Assembly: GCA_025965775.1 (NCBI GenBank)
Contig: JAOPWG010000163.1
Span: forward strand, 1 to 48,149
Direction: 5' to 3'
DNA from: Modestobacter sp.
GTDB taxonomy: Bacteria > Actinomycetota > Actinomycetes > Mycobacteriales > Geodermatophilaceae
DNA: 48,149 bases
Under the pieces are notes generated by a model, which worked only from the letters and a program-made list of their open reading frames with translations, ran no database searches and was not told the DNA's origin. A program made the position numbers and the translations under genes. Below, one piece after another: positions 10,016-18,301 of the stretch; positions within the stretch are counted from its first letter, which is position 1, and each line of letters begins with the position of its first letter.

Positions 10016-11000
10016 CGAACCCCTCCCCCGTGAGCGAGACGAACAGCGTCTCCAGGTCCGGTCGTTCCACGGTCAGGCCGCGCAGCCGGACCCCGGCGGT
10101 ATGCAGTTCCGCGGCGACGTCCTCGGTGAGCACGTTCCCGAGCCGGGCCTGGACGCAGGACTGTTCGGCGTCGGTGCGGACCGAGGCCAGACCGAGACGG
10201 CCCAGCACGTCGCCGGCGGCGTCGAGGTCGGGCGTGGTGACCCGGAGGACGGCGACGCCGTCGGCGAGGACCTCGGTGAGCGGGCCCTGCCGGAGGAGCC
10301 GACCGGCGGACATGATCCCCACGTGGGTCGCGACCTGCTCGACCTCGGCGAGGAGGTGGCTGGAGACGAGCACGGTCGTGCCGTCGGCGGCCAGGTCCCG
10401 GATGAGGTGACGGACCTCCCGGGTCCCCTGCGGGTCCAGGCCGTTGGTGGGTTCGTCGAGCACCAGCAGGTCCCGGGGCTGGAGCAGTGCGGCGGCGAGC
10501 CCGAGGCGCTGCTTCATGCCGAGGGAGTAGCTGCGGTACCGCTTGCCGGCGGCCGCGGTCAGCCCCACCCGGGTCAGGGCCTGGCCGATCCGGGCCCTGC
10601 TCGTGGCGGGATCGGCGGTCGCATCGCTCACGTCGAGCCGTCGCAGGTTCGACGCCCCGCTGAGGTGGGGGTGGAACGCGGGTCCCTCGATGAGCGCCCC
10701 GACCCGGGGCAGGACGTCGGCGAGCCGCTCGGGCATCGGCCTGCCCAGCAGCTCGATCTCGCCGTCGTCGGCGGCGATGAGGCCGAGGAGCATGCGGATG
10801 GTGGTGGTCTTCCCCGATCCGTTGGGCCCCAGAAACCCGTAGACCGCTCCGCGCGGCACCTCGAGCGCGACGCCGTCGACGGCGACATGCGTGCCGAAGC
10901 GGCGGGTCAGGCCGGTGGTGCGGACGGCCGACCACCCGGGCGCGGCGCCCGCCGGCGACCCGAGGGGGACGGCGGCCGTGGCCGGGGCGGCGGAGGTCAC
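10002..11000 (-). CDS. ABC exporter ATP-binding protein
   Basis: GPNGSGKTT, YSLGMKQRL, LDEPTNGLDPQG, SSHLL; GTGA overlap with upstream gene. Confidence 0.92.
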   Translation of the reverse strand: MTSAAPATAAVPLGSPAGAAPGWSAVRTTGLTRRFGTHVAVDGVALEVPRGAVYGFLGPNGSGKTTTIRMLLGLIAADDGEIELLGRPMPERLADVLPRVGALIEGPAFHPHLSGASNLRRLDVSDATADPATSRARIGQALTRVGLTAAAGKRYRSYSLGMKQRLGLAAALLQPRDLLVLDEPTNGLDPQGTREVRHLIRDLAADGTTVLVSSHLLAEVEQVATHVGIMSAGRLLRQGPLTEVLADGVAVLRVTTPDLDAAGDVLGRLGLASVRTDAEQSCVQARLGNVLTEDVAAELHTAGVRLRGLTVERPDLETLFVSLTGEGFDVVE

Positions 11001-12115
11001 CGCGTCGCGGAAGCCTGCTGCAGAACGCTGGGCTGCACCGCGCCGGCGAACACCCGCCCGTCGGAGGTCAGCAACACGTTCACCAGCGCGGTCGCCAGCA
11101 GCCGGTCGCCGTTGGGCTGCACGGTGAGCAGCCGGTCCAGCAGCTCGGTGGAGGAGCGGCCGCTCTGGGCGCCGGTGGCCGGGCCGAGCGCGGCCAGCGC
11201 GCCGGGACCCGGCGTGAACTCCACGACCGACGTCCAGCCGCTGCCCAGCACCGTCGGCGCGGGCGTGCCGGTGTGCCCGTTCGGCTGCTTTGCGGCGCCG
11301 GTGCTCCTGTCGCGCGTGGTGACGGTCGCACCCGCCGGGACGCTGAAGTCGAACGTGGCGGCGCTGGGACGGTCGTAGCTGATCGAGGTGAAACCGGTCT
11401 CGAAGACCGGGTCGGCCGGCGCGCCGGCGCCGAAGACCTGCACCCGCAACGGCACGTGCCGGGTGGCGTCGACGGCGATCACGACCCGGCCGATGGTCGA
11501 GCCAGCGTCCTCGGGGGTCAGCACCAGGGCGTACGCGTCCTGCCCGGCGACCCGGGTGTTCTCCGCCATGCTCACCCCGGTGGTCGGCGTGATCGCGGCG
11601 AGCAGGTGCTGGGCGGCGCCGAGCGGGGTCGCGTTCATCGGGTCGCCGGGGTCCGGCGTGGTTCCCGCGCCGTCCGGCCGGTCCGCGGGGAGCACGACGT
11701 GGGTGACCTCGCGGGTACTGCTGGCGTAGGTCCACACGTCGCTGCCGTTGTGGACCACGTCGGACTCGGCCAGGGTGCCCAGCAGTGCCAGGCGCTGCCG
11801 CTGGGGTCCGTCGACCGCGAGGTTCCCCGTGTGCGTGCCGGTCACGAGCGTCTGCCAGTTCAGCGACGCGGTGTCGTCCTGTCCGGGCAGCGAGGGCAGC
11901 CCCAGGCGGGCGGTCTCCTCGACCTGCCCGGACAGGTGGGTGACATCGGTGGTCCGGAGCGCGGCCAGCAGCGCCTCAGGCGTCGTGCCGGCCAGGCCCG
12001 GTGTGCCGGCCGAGGCCGCCATCGGGACGGCGACAGCCACACCGATGACCGCGGCAGTCGCCAGGGGCGCCGTCCACGCGATGCCGCGTCGAAGCGAGCG
12101 GCGGGTCCTCGTCAT
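10997..12115 (-). CDS. Secreted LolA/RseB-like (DUF2092-like) protein
   Basis: Signal peptide ending ASA; VVHNGSDVWTY, VAGQDAYALVLTP, IAVDA..VPLRVQV, F.F.VP.GA.V. Confidence 0.75.
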   Translation of the reverse strand: MTRTRRSLRRGIAWTAPLATAAVIGVAVAVPMAASAGTPGLAGTTPEALLAALRTTDVTHLSGQVEETARLGLPSLPGQDDTASLNWQTLVTGTHTGNLAVDGPQRQRLALLGTLAESDVVHNGSDVWTYASSTREVTHVVLPADRPDGAGTTPDPGDPMNATPLGAAQHLLAAITPTTGVSMAENTRVAGQDAYALVLTPEDAGSTIGRVVIAVDATRHVPLRVQVFGAGAPADPVFETGFTSISYDRPSAATFDFSVPAGATVTTRDRSTGAAKQPNGHTGTPAPTVLGSGWTSVVEFTPGPGALAALGPATGAQSGRSSTELLDRLLTVQPNGDRLLATALVNVLLTSDGRVFAGAVQPSVLQQASATR

Positions 12116-12209
12116 GGGATCAGTGTCCTCCCGGCGGAGGGGTTTCGCGCCGGACACGGCCTCATCTGGTGACGCCGCTGGAACCGTCTGCCGCCGAGCC
12201 GCGGCCGGA

Positions 12210-13700
12210 TCAGCGGATCCCCTCCCAGAGGGCCAGCCGGTCGGCGTCCGGCAACTGCTGGCTGCTGACGCCGTCGGTGCCGAACACCTGGGTGGTCCGG
12301 CTGTCCGGCTCGTACGGCGCCCAGCCCGGGTCGGCGTCGGTGATGAACCGGACCCAGGCCGCGTGCACCGTGTCGGCGAGGGACTGCGGGGCGTTGTCGC
12401 CCAGGATCGCGGCGGCATCCGGGGTGTCGAGGGTGTCGAAGACGAACGGGATCTCGACGACGTGCGCAGCTCCCATCAGGCCGCCCATGGCGGTCGACCG
12501 GTGGTCGAACCGGTACATCCAGGTGCGGCCGGCACCACTGCGGGCCTCGGCGACGCGCACCGCGGGCACGGTGAAGAACCAGTCGGTGACGACGGCCGCC
12601 AGCACGTCACCCGGGGACTCCCCCGCGGCGGCGTAGGTCGCGCGCGCGGCGGCCCCGTCGACGCCGTACGCCGAGGCCCCGGCGATCGCCGTCGGCTCGT
12701 CGATCAGGCCGATCACCCCGGGCGCCACCAGGAAGAGCCGGGACTCCTCCGCGTTGCTGCCGGTGAGCAGGGCGACGTCCGAGCCGGCCCCGGCGGCCAG
12801 CGACTCCAGCGGCGGCTGGGCGAGGACGGTGCCGTCGACGGTCGGCATGAACGGCAGCAGGCTCAGCGCCAGCTCGCCCCACTTCCCCGGGTCGGGTGCG
12901 ATCTGCACCTCGTTGGTCAGCTTCTCGGCCGCCTCGTACACCCGCTCCGGCGGCTGCGCCGCAATGGCCGCCCGCGTCGGGGGGACCCCGAGCTGCTCGG
13001 CGAGCAACGCCGTCACCTTCGTCGCGGTCTCCGGCGACATCGTGTGCGCCGCCGCACCACTCTGGGTGATGGCCGCGCGGAACAGGCCGCGGCTCTGCGG
13101 CATCGACAGCAGCGTCGTCACGCTCATCGCCCCGGCGCTCTCCCCGCCGACGGTCACCTTTGCGGGGTCTCCCCCGAAGGCGGTGATGTTCTGCTGCACC
13201 CACTGCAGGGCAGCGATCTGGTCCAGCAGACCGATGTTGCTGGTGCCGTCCTCGGTGTGGAGGAACCCCTCGGCCTGCAGCCGGTAGTTGATGGTCACGC
13301 AGACCACGCCGTCCCGGGCGAACCCCGACCCGCGGTAGGCGCCGACCGCGCCCGAGCCGTTCATGAACGAGCCGCCGTGGATCCACACGAAGACCGGCAG
13401 CCCCGCGGCGGCCGGGTCCGGCGTCCAGACGTTGAGGTTCAGGCAGTCCTCGCCGGGGATCACCGGCTCGGGCAGCAGCGGCTGGTACTGCGGCGGGTAG
13501 TCGCCCTTGGGCACGGTCGGCCCGTAGGCGGTGGCGTCGCGCACACCGTCCCAGGCCGGCGCCGGAGCCGGCGGCTGCATCCGCAGATCCCCGAACGGCG
13601 GTGCCGCGTAGGGGATGCCGAGGTAGGCCGGGACACCGTGGTGGACGGTGCCGCGCACCAGTCCCTGGGCCGTGCGGACGTCGGGTGCGCCACTGGTCAC
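12210..13700 (-). CDS. Type-B carboxylesterase (para-nitrobenzyl esterase-like)
   Basis: LGIPYAAPP, EDCLNLNVWTP, WIHGG, GESAG nucleophile, GAAH..EIPFVF. Confidence 0.93.
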   Translation of the reverse strand: MTSGAPDVRTAQGLVRGTVHHGVPAYLGIPYAAPPFGDLRMQPPAPAPAWDGVRDATAYGPTVPKGDYPPQYQPLLPEPVIPGEDCLNLNVWTPDPAAAGLPVFVWIHGGSFMNGSGAVGAYRGSGFARDGVVCVTINYRLQAEGFLHTEDGTSNIGLLDQIAALQWVQQNITAFGGDPAKVTVGGESAGAMSVTTLLSMPQSRGLFRAAITQSGAAAHTMSPETATKVTALLAEQLGVPPTRAAIAAQPPERVYEAAEKLTNEVQIAPDPGKWGELALSLLPFMPTVDGTVLAQPPLESLAAGAGSDVALLTGSNAEESRLFLVAPGVIGLIDEPTAIAGASAYGVDGAAARATYAAAGESPGDVLAAVVTDWFFTVPAVRVAEARSGAGRTWMYRFDHRSTAMGGLMGAAHVVEIPFVFDTLDTPDAAAILGDNAPQSLADTVHAAWVRFITDADPGWAPYEPDSRTTQVFGTDGVSSQQLPDADRLALWEGIR

Positions 13701-13913
13701 GTCTGCTCCGATGCTGGGAGGTCGAGTGTGAGGCACGTTACCGCCGAGGTGGTCGGCACGATCGTCACCCGCCTCGGCTGTGGACGCCGGGTCTGGCCAC
13801 CTCCGGCCGGGCGAACTACGTTGTCGCGCGCTGCCGTGTCACCTCGGCGGGCCGGCGTCCGTCTACCGAGCGGGTGCCGATCACGGTCACCACCGGAACA
13901 GAGGAGACCTGTC

Positions 13914-14351
13914 GTGCTCGGTCGGAAGGACTACCCCCAGGACGAGGTCGACCGCGGCCGCTCGGCCATCGAGCGGCAATTGGCCGCCTACGACGACCTC
14001 GCCACCGCCGTGCGGGACACGGCCGGCGCGGAGAAGGCGCAGTCGGCGCTGGCGGAGTTCGAGACGCGGCTCTTCGCCGCCCTCGTCCTGGCGCTCGACC
14101 GTCCCTTCGTCCACCGGCTCCGGGGGGTCACCGGCAAGGACTCCAACCCGCTCAACGAGGTGGAACTGATCTGTGACTCGTTGATGAACAACGACGGCGT
14201 GATGCGCGGCACCAACGTGATCAGGTACGTCCCCGAGCAGTCCGTCGTGGGGATCGCCGTCGGCGAGCAGATCCAGCTGACCGCGGCGGACTTCACCCGC
14301 CTGTCCACGGCGTTCTTCGCCGAACTGGAGCGCCGGTTCGTCCAGTCCTGA
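13914..14351 (+). CDS. Hypothetical cytoplasmic protein (145 aa)
   Basis: SD GAGGAG then GTG 13914; MLGRKDYPQDEVD...FVHRLRGVTGKDSNPLNEV; coding-like codon usage. Confidence 0.8.
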   Translation: MLGRKDYPQDEVDRGRSAIERQLAAYDDLATAVRDTAGAEKAQSALAEFETRLFAALVLALDRPFVHRLRGVTGKDSNPLNEVELICDSLMNNDGVMRGTNVIRYVPEQSVVGIAVGEQIQLTAADFTRLSTAFFAELERRFVQS

Positions 14352-14368
14352 GCCCCCTCGGCCGGCCG

Positions 14369-15247
14369 TCAGGCGGAGCCCAGCTCGGCCAGCGCCGGGA
14401 TGATGCGCTCGCCGAGGCGGCCGGCCCAAGCGACGGGGTCGGGCCCCCGCGGACTCACCTGCACGTGCTGGATGCCGAGCGCGGCGTAGGTCTCCATTGC
14501 GGCGAGGAATCCGTCCGGGTCGGCGAGAGGGTCGGCCCCGCCGATGATGGTCTTCTCGATGTCGGCGGGGTCGCGTCCCTCCGCCTCGCAGTGCCCGGCC
14601 AGCACGTCGAGCTTGCGACCGACCTCCTCGGGGGTCGTGGCGAACAGGTTGCAGGCGTCGGCGTACGCCGCGACGAGCCGGAGCGTCTTCTTCTCCCCGC
14701 TGCCCCCGATCAGGACCTTCGGCCGCGGCTGCTGCAGCGGCCGCGGGACGCAGATGGTCTCGGCCAGCCGGTAGTGCTTGCCCTGGTAGGGGCCGTCGTC
14801 GTCGCTCCACATCTGCAGGCACACCTGCAGGGCCTCCTCGAGCCGCTCGAAGCGCTCGGCCAGCGGCGGGAAGGGGACGCCGAGGCCCGCGTGCTCCCGC
14901 TCGTACCAGGCCGCTCCGATGCCCAGCATGGCGCGGCCGCCGGACAGCACGTCGAGGGTGGTGACGGTCTTGGCCAGCAGACCCGGGTGCCGGTAGGTGA
15001 CGCCGGTGACGAGGAGGCCCAGGGTCATCCGTTGCGTCTGGCCGGCGAGGAAGCCGAGGGCGCTGTAGCCCTCGAGCATCGGGTCCTGCGCGGTGGCCAA
15101 CTGCTCCATCTGGAACCAGTGGTCCATCAGGGTGAACCACGAGGCGCCGGCGTCCTCCGCGGCGCGGGCCGTGGCCGCCAGGGTCGGGGCCAGCGCCTCG
15201 GGGCCGCCGGGGAGCGTGAAGTTGGCGTAGTGGATGCCCAAGCGCAT
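14369..15247 (-). CDS. LLM-class F420-dependent oxidoreductase
   Basis: MDHWFQ, VTGVTYRHPGLLAK, LDVLSGGR..LGIGAAW, IGGSGEKKTLRLVA. Confidence 0.92.
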   Translation of the reverse strand: MRLGIHYANFTLPGGPEALAPTLAATARAAEDAGASWFTLMDHWFQMEQLATAQDPMLEGYSALGFLAGQTQRMTLGLLVTGVTYRHPGLLAKTVTTLDVLSGGRAMLGIGAAWYEREHAGLGVPFPPLAERFERLEEALQVCLQMWSDDDGPYQGKHYRLAETICVPRPLQQPRPKVLIGGSGEKKTLRLVAAYADACNLFATTPEEVGRKLDVLAGHCEAEGRDPADIEKTIIGGADPLADPDGFLAAMETYAALGIQHVQVSPRGPDPVAWAGRLGERIIPALAELGSA

Positions 15248-15364
15248 GTGCGGTCTCCTGACGGTGGGCGACCCGGTCGGCCCTCGGCGCGGGGGAGGTG
15301 ACCGTCGCAGGCGGATGCTCTCACCGGCGCCCCCGCCCCGCCCTGTCCGGCCTACCGTGGCGTC

Positions 15365-16093
15365 ATGACTGCCGACCGGCAGGACCGCCCCGAGGGCGCG
15401 CCGGTAGGACGGCGGGTCGTGCTCGGGCTGCTCGGGCTCGGCGCGCTGGGGATCGTGGGTGGCTCGACGCTGCAGAAGGGGCTGAGCGCCGTCCTGGAGC
15501 CCATCGAGACGCGTGACCCCACGGGGCTCGTGAGCCTGCTGCCGGCAGGCGGCACCTTCCGCTTCTACTCCGTCACCGGTGCCGTGGCGCAGCCGGACGC
15601 GGGCGACTACCGGTTGACCATGTCGGGTCTGGTGCAGCGGTCGGGGACGTACACGCTGGCCGACCTGCAGGCGATGCCGCAGACGGACCTGGTCCGCGAC
15701 TTCCAGTGCGTCACCGGGTGGCGGGTGCCGCACGTGCCCTGGTCCGGCGTCCGGCTCGGGCACCTGCTCGATCTCGCCGGCCCGACCCGCGCGGCCGACG
15801 CGGTGCGGCTCACCTCCTTCGACGGGACGTACACCGAGAGCCTGACGCTGGAGCAGGCCCGGCGGGCCGACGTCCTGGTGGCGCTGCGGATGTCGGGTGG
15901 ACCGGTGAGCCACGACCATGGCGGACCGGTGCGTCTCCACGTGGCGCCGATGTACGGCTACAAGAGCCTCAAGTGGCTGTCCGGCATCGAGCTGACGCAG
16001 GGCGTGCGGCCGGGCTACTGGGAGGGGTCGGGGTACTCGGTCGACGGCTGGGTCGGCTCCTCGAACGGGCGCGACGATGACCCGACCGGCTGA
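15365..16093 (+). CDS. Molybdopterin-dependent oxidoreductase (sulfite oxidase/MsrP-like)
   Basis: GRRVVL twin-Arg-like leader; DFQCVTGW (Mo-ligand Cys), HGGPVRL, YGYKSLKW, GYWE..GY. Confidence 0.88.
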   Translation: MTADRQDRPEGAPVGRRVVLGLLGLGALGIVGGSTLQKGLSAVLEPIETRDPTGLVSLLPAGGTFRFYSVTGAVAQPDAGDYRLTMSGLVQRSGTYTLADLQAMPQTDLVRDFQCVTGWRVPHVPWSGVRLGHLLDLAGPTRAADAVRLTSFDGTYTESLTLEQARRADVLVALRMSGGPVSHDHGGPVRLHVAPMYGYKSLKWLSGIELTQGVRPGYWEGSGYSVDGWVGSSNGRDDDPTG

Positions 16094-16748
16094 GCCCGCG
16101 GCGGTCGTGGAGCCGGAGCTGGCCCGCTTCGCCCGGCCGGTGCGCTGGGTGCACGGGCTGGTCGGCGCTCTGGTGCTCGTGTGCATCGTGACCGCGGCCG
16201 TGCTGTACAACGGCTCTCTGGCGGTCCTCGTCGGCCATCGTCACCTGGTCGAGCTGGTGCACGTCCGGTGCGGCTTCGCTCTCCCCGTGCCACTGCTCGC
16301 GGGCCTGGTGTCCCGCAGCTACCGCGCCGATCTGCGTCGGCTGAACCGCGTCACCCCGCGGGACTGGCAGTGGCTGCGCTCCCGGAGCCGGCGCGACGGA
16401 CGCATCCCGGTCGGGAAGTTCAACGCCGGCCAGAAGCTCAACGGGGCACTCAGTGCTGGTGCCATCGCCGTCCTGCTGATGAGCGGGACCGTCATGTACT
16501 CCACCGGCTGGGCCCCGCTCCCCTGGCGGACCGGCGCGACGTTCGTGCACGACTGGTCCGCCCTCGCCGTGGGCCTGCTCGTGGTGGGGCATGTCCGCTT
16601 CGCGCTGGGCGACCCGGTCGCGATGCGCAGCCTGCGAACGGGCACCGTGCCACGGCGGTGGGCACAGCAGGAGCACGGCGCCTGGGCCGCCGAACACAGC
16701 GGCTCCCCCGCCGACGAGCCCCGGTCCGGACCCGGCTCGCCGGACTGA
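16077..16748 (+). CDS. Cytochrome b/b6 domain membrane protein (FdnI-like)
   Basis: Four TM His residues (RWVH, LVH, FVHD, VGH); GKFNAGQK; overlaps upstream gene. Confidence 0.85.
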   Translation: MTRPAEPAAVVEPELARFARPVRWVHGLVGALVLVCIVTAAVLYNGSLAVLVGHRHLVELVHVRCGFALPVPLLAGLVSRSYRADLRRLNRVTPRDWQWLRSRSRRDGRIPVGKFNAGQKLNGALSAGAIAVLLMSGTVMYSTGWAPLPWRTGATFVHDWSALAVGLLVVGHVRFALGDPVAMRSLRTGTVPRRWAQQEHGAWAAEHSGSPADEPRSGPGSPD

Positions 16749-16995
16749 GAACCGGTCAGCCGCGCCGGAACGGCAGCCAGGCGGGAGGTGGCCGGTGGAA
16801 GCACGGACAGTCGCACAGGGCGCATACGGTGCCGCGACGGTAGTGCTCGTGCGCTCCCCGCTCATGGCCGCACCCGCAGACCTGACCGGCCGCGGACGGA
16901 GGCGCCGCCTCCCCGTCGGGGGGGCATCGGGGTCAGGCCCGGCCGTTCGAGCCCGACGTTCCGCGCGGACGCAACGACCAACCCGACATGGCTGC

Positions 16996-18027
16996 TCAGA
17001 CGCTCCTGACGACCGGCTCAGGCCGATCGGGGCTCCCTTCCGTCGGCCAGTCCTGCCGGCACCGATGCCGCTCCCGTCGGATCGTGGGGCCCCGGCCGGA
17101 CCGCGCCGAGCCGCTGACCCGCTCGACAAGCAGCGCACGGACCACCCGGCCGCCGTCACGCCAGGTGTCCAGGGCACTCCCGCCCGGGGCACGCGGGTGG
17201 TGGTGGCTGGGGACCTCCGTGATCCGCAGACCGGCCTTGGCTGCGCGGGCGCTGATGATCGTCTCGACCTCGAAGCCGTCACCCCAGAGCCTGTTCCCGC
17301 TGTCCGCCGGCTGCGGGTCGAGCGCGAGCCGGTCCAGTGAGTGCCGCCAGAACGCGTGGTAGCCGTGGCGCAGGTCGGTGTACGCGGTCCCGAACAGGAC
17401 GTTGGCCAGCCGGGTGAGCCAGCGGTCCCCCCAGACCCCCTCCGGAGTCGCCCCGCCGGCGAACCGGCTGCCCGTCGCGACGTCGGCACCGGCGACCAGG
17501 GCAGCGACGAAGCGTGGGATCTCCCGGGGGTCAGCCGATCCGTCGGCGTCCAGCACGACGACGACCTCGCCCGTGGCCGCCGCGAAGCCGCAGGCGAGGG
17601 CGTTGCCCTTCCCCATGCGGTTCTGCCGCACGATCGTCACGTCGGCGCGCAGGGACCGGGCGACGTCGACGGTGCCGTCGACACTGTTGCCGTCCACGAC
17701 GATCACCTCGTGCACGTCCTGCGGGAGGTGCGCCAGGACGTGGGGCAGGTTCCTCGCCTCGTTGAACGTCGGTATGACCACGCTGACCCGGGGCTTCCCC
17801 GGGCCGGCCGGGGCCGGCGCGGCGGTCATGGTGGGCGCGGGCTGCGGCGGCACCAGCGCCTCGGCCGCCCCCGGGGGGGCCTCCCACCCGCCGGGGCGGG
17901 ATCTGTCGGAGGCCGGCGGCGACGACGGCGATTGCTGTGGGGCGGAGGGTCGGCTCGTCGGAGCGGTGACCGCTCGCTCGAGCTCGACGTCCTCGACCGA
18001 GATCGCGGTGGCAGGTGTAGGGGACAT
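16996..18027 (-). CDS. Glycosyltransferase family 2 (DPM1-like)
   Basis: VSVVIPTFNEA, VVDGNSVDGT, GKGNAL, LDADGS (DxD), GFEVET; Pro-rich N-terminus, start uncertain. Confidence 0.85.
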   Translation of the reverse strand: MSPTPATAISVEDVELERAVTAPTSRPSAPQQSPSSPPASDRSRPGGWEAPPGAAEALVPPQPAPTMTAAPAPAGPGKPRVSVVIPTFNEARNLPHVLAHLPQDVHEVIVVDGNSVDGTVDVARSLRADVTIVRQNRMGKGNALACGFAAATGEVVVVLDADGSADPREIPRFVAALVAGADVATGSRFAGGATPEGVWGDRWLTRLANVLFGTAYTDLRHGYHAFWRHSLDRLALDPQPADSGNRLWGDGFEVETIISARAAKAGLRITEVPSHHHPRAPGGSALDTWRDGGRVVRALLVERVSGSARSGRGPTIRRERHRCRQDWPTEGSPDRPEPVVRSV

Positions 18028-18301
18028 GACCAGGCCTTCCTGCCCGCTGGGCGGGCTGGACGTTCTGCAGTGTCGCTGGCTGGACGGTGTGCGGCATGGC
18101 TGCCTCGACGAGGCAGCGGAACCGGAGGTCACCGGTCGGTGCGGGCGCGGCCGGGGAGGCGGAGCTCCGCACGGCGACGGGCGCTGTGACGCGGTGACCA
18201 TTCCGGCCCGGACGGGACGTGCGGCATCGTCTCCCCCGACCTCCCCCCGTGCGGGGCCGTGCCGGAGACGCGCCGCTCGACCGAGGAGCGGACGTCCCGG
18301 T

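Noticed and set aside
11748-13913. N-terminal part of the 867-aa plus-strand ORF
   Set aside because: Antisense to the carboxylesterase and LolA-like genes; long shadow ORFs are expected at this GC content
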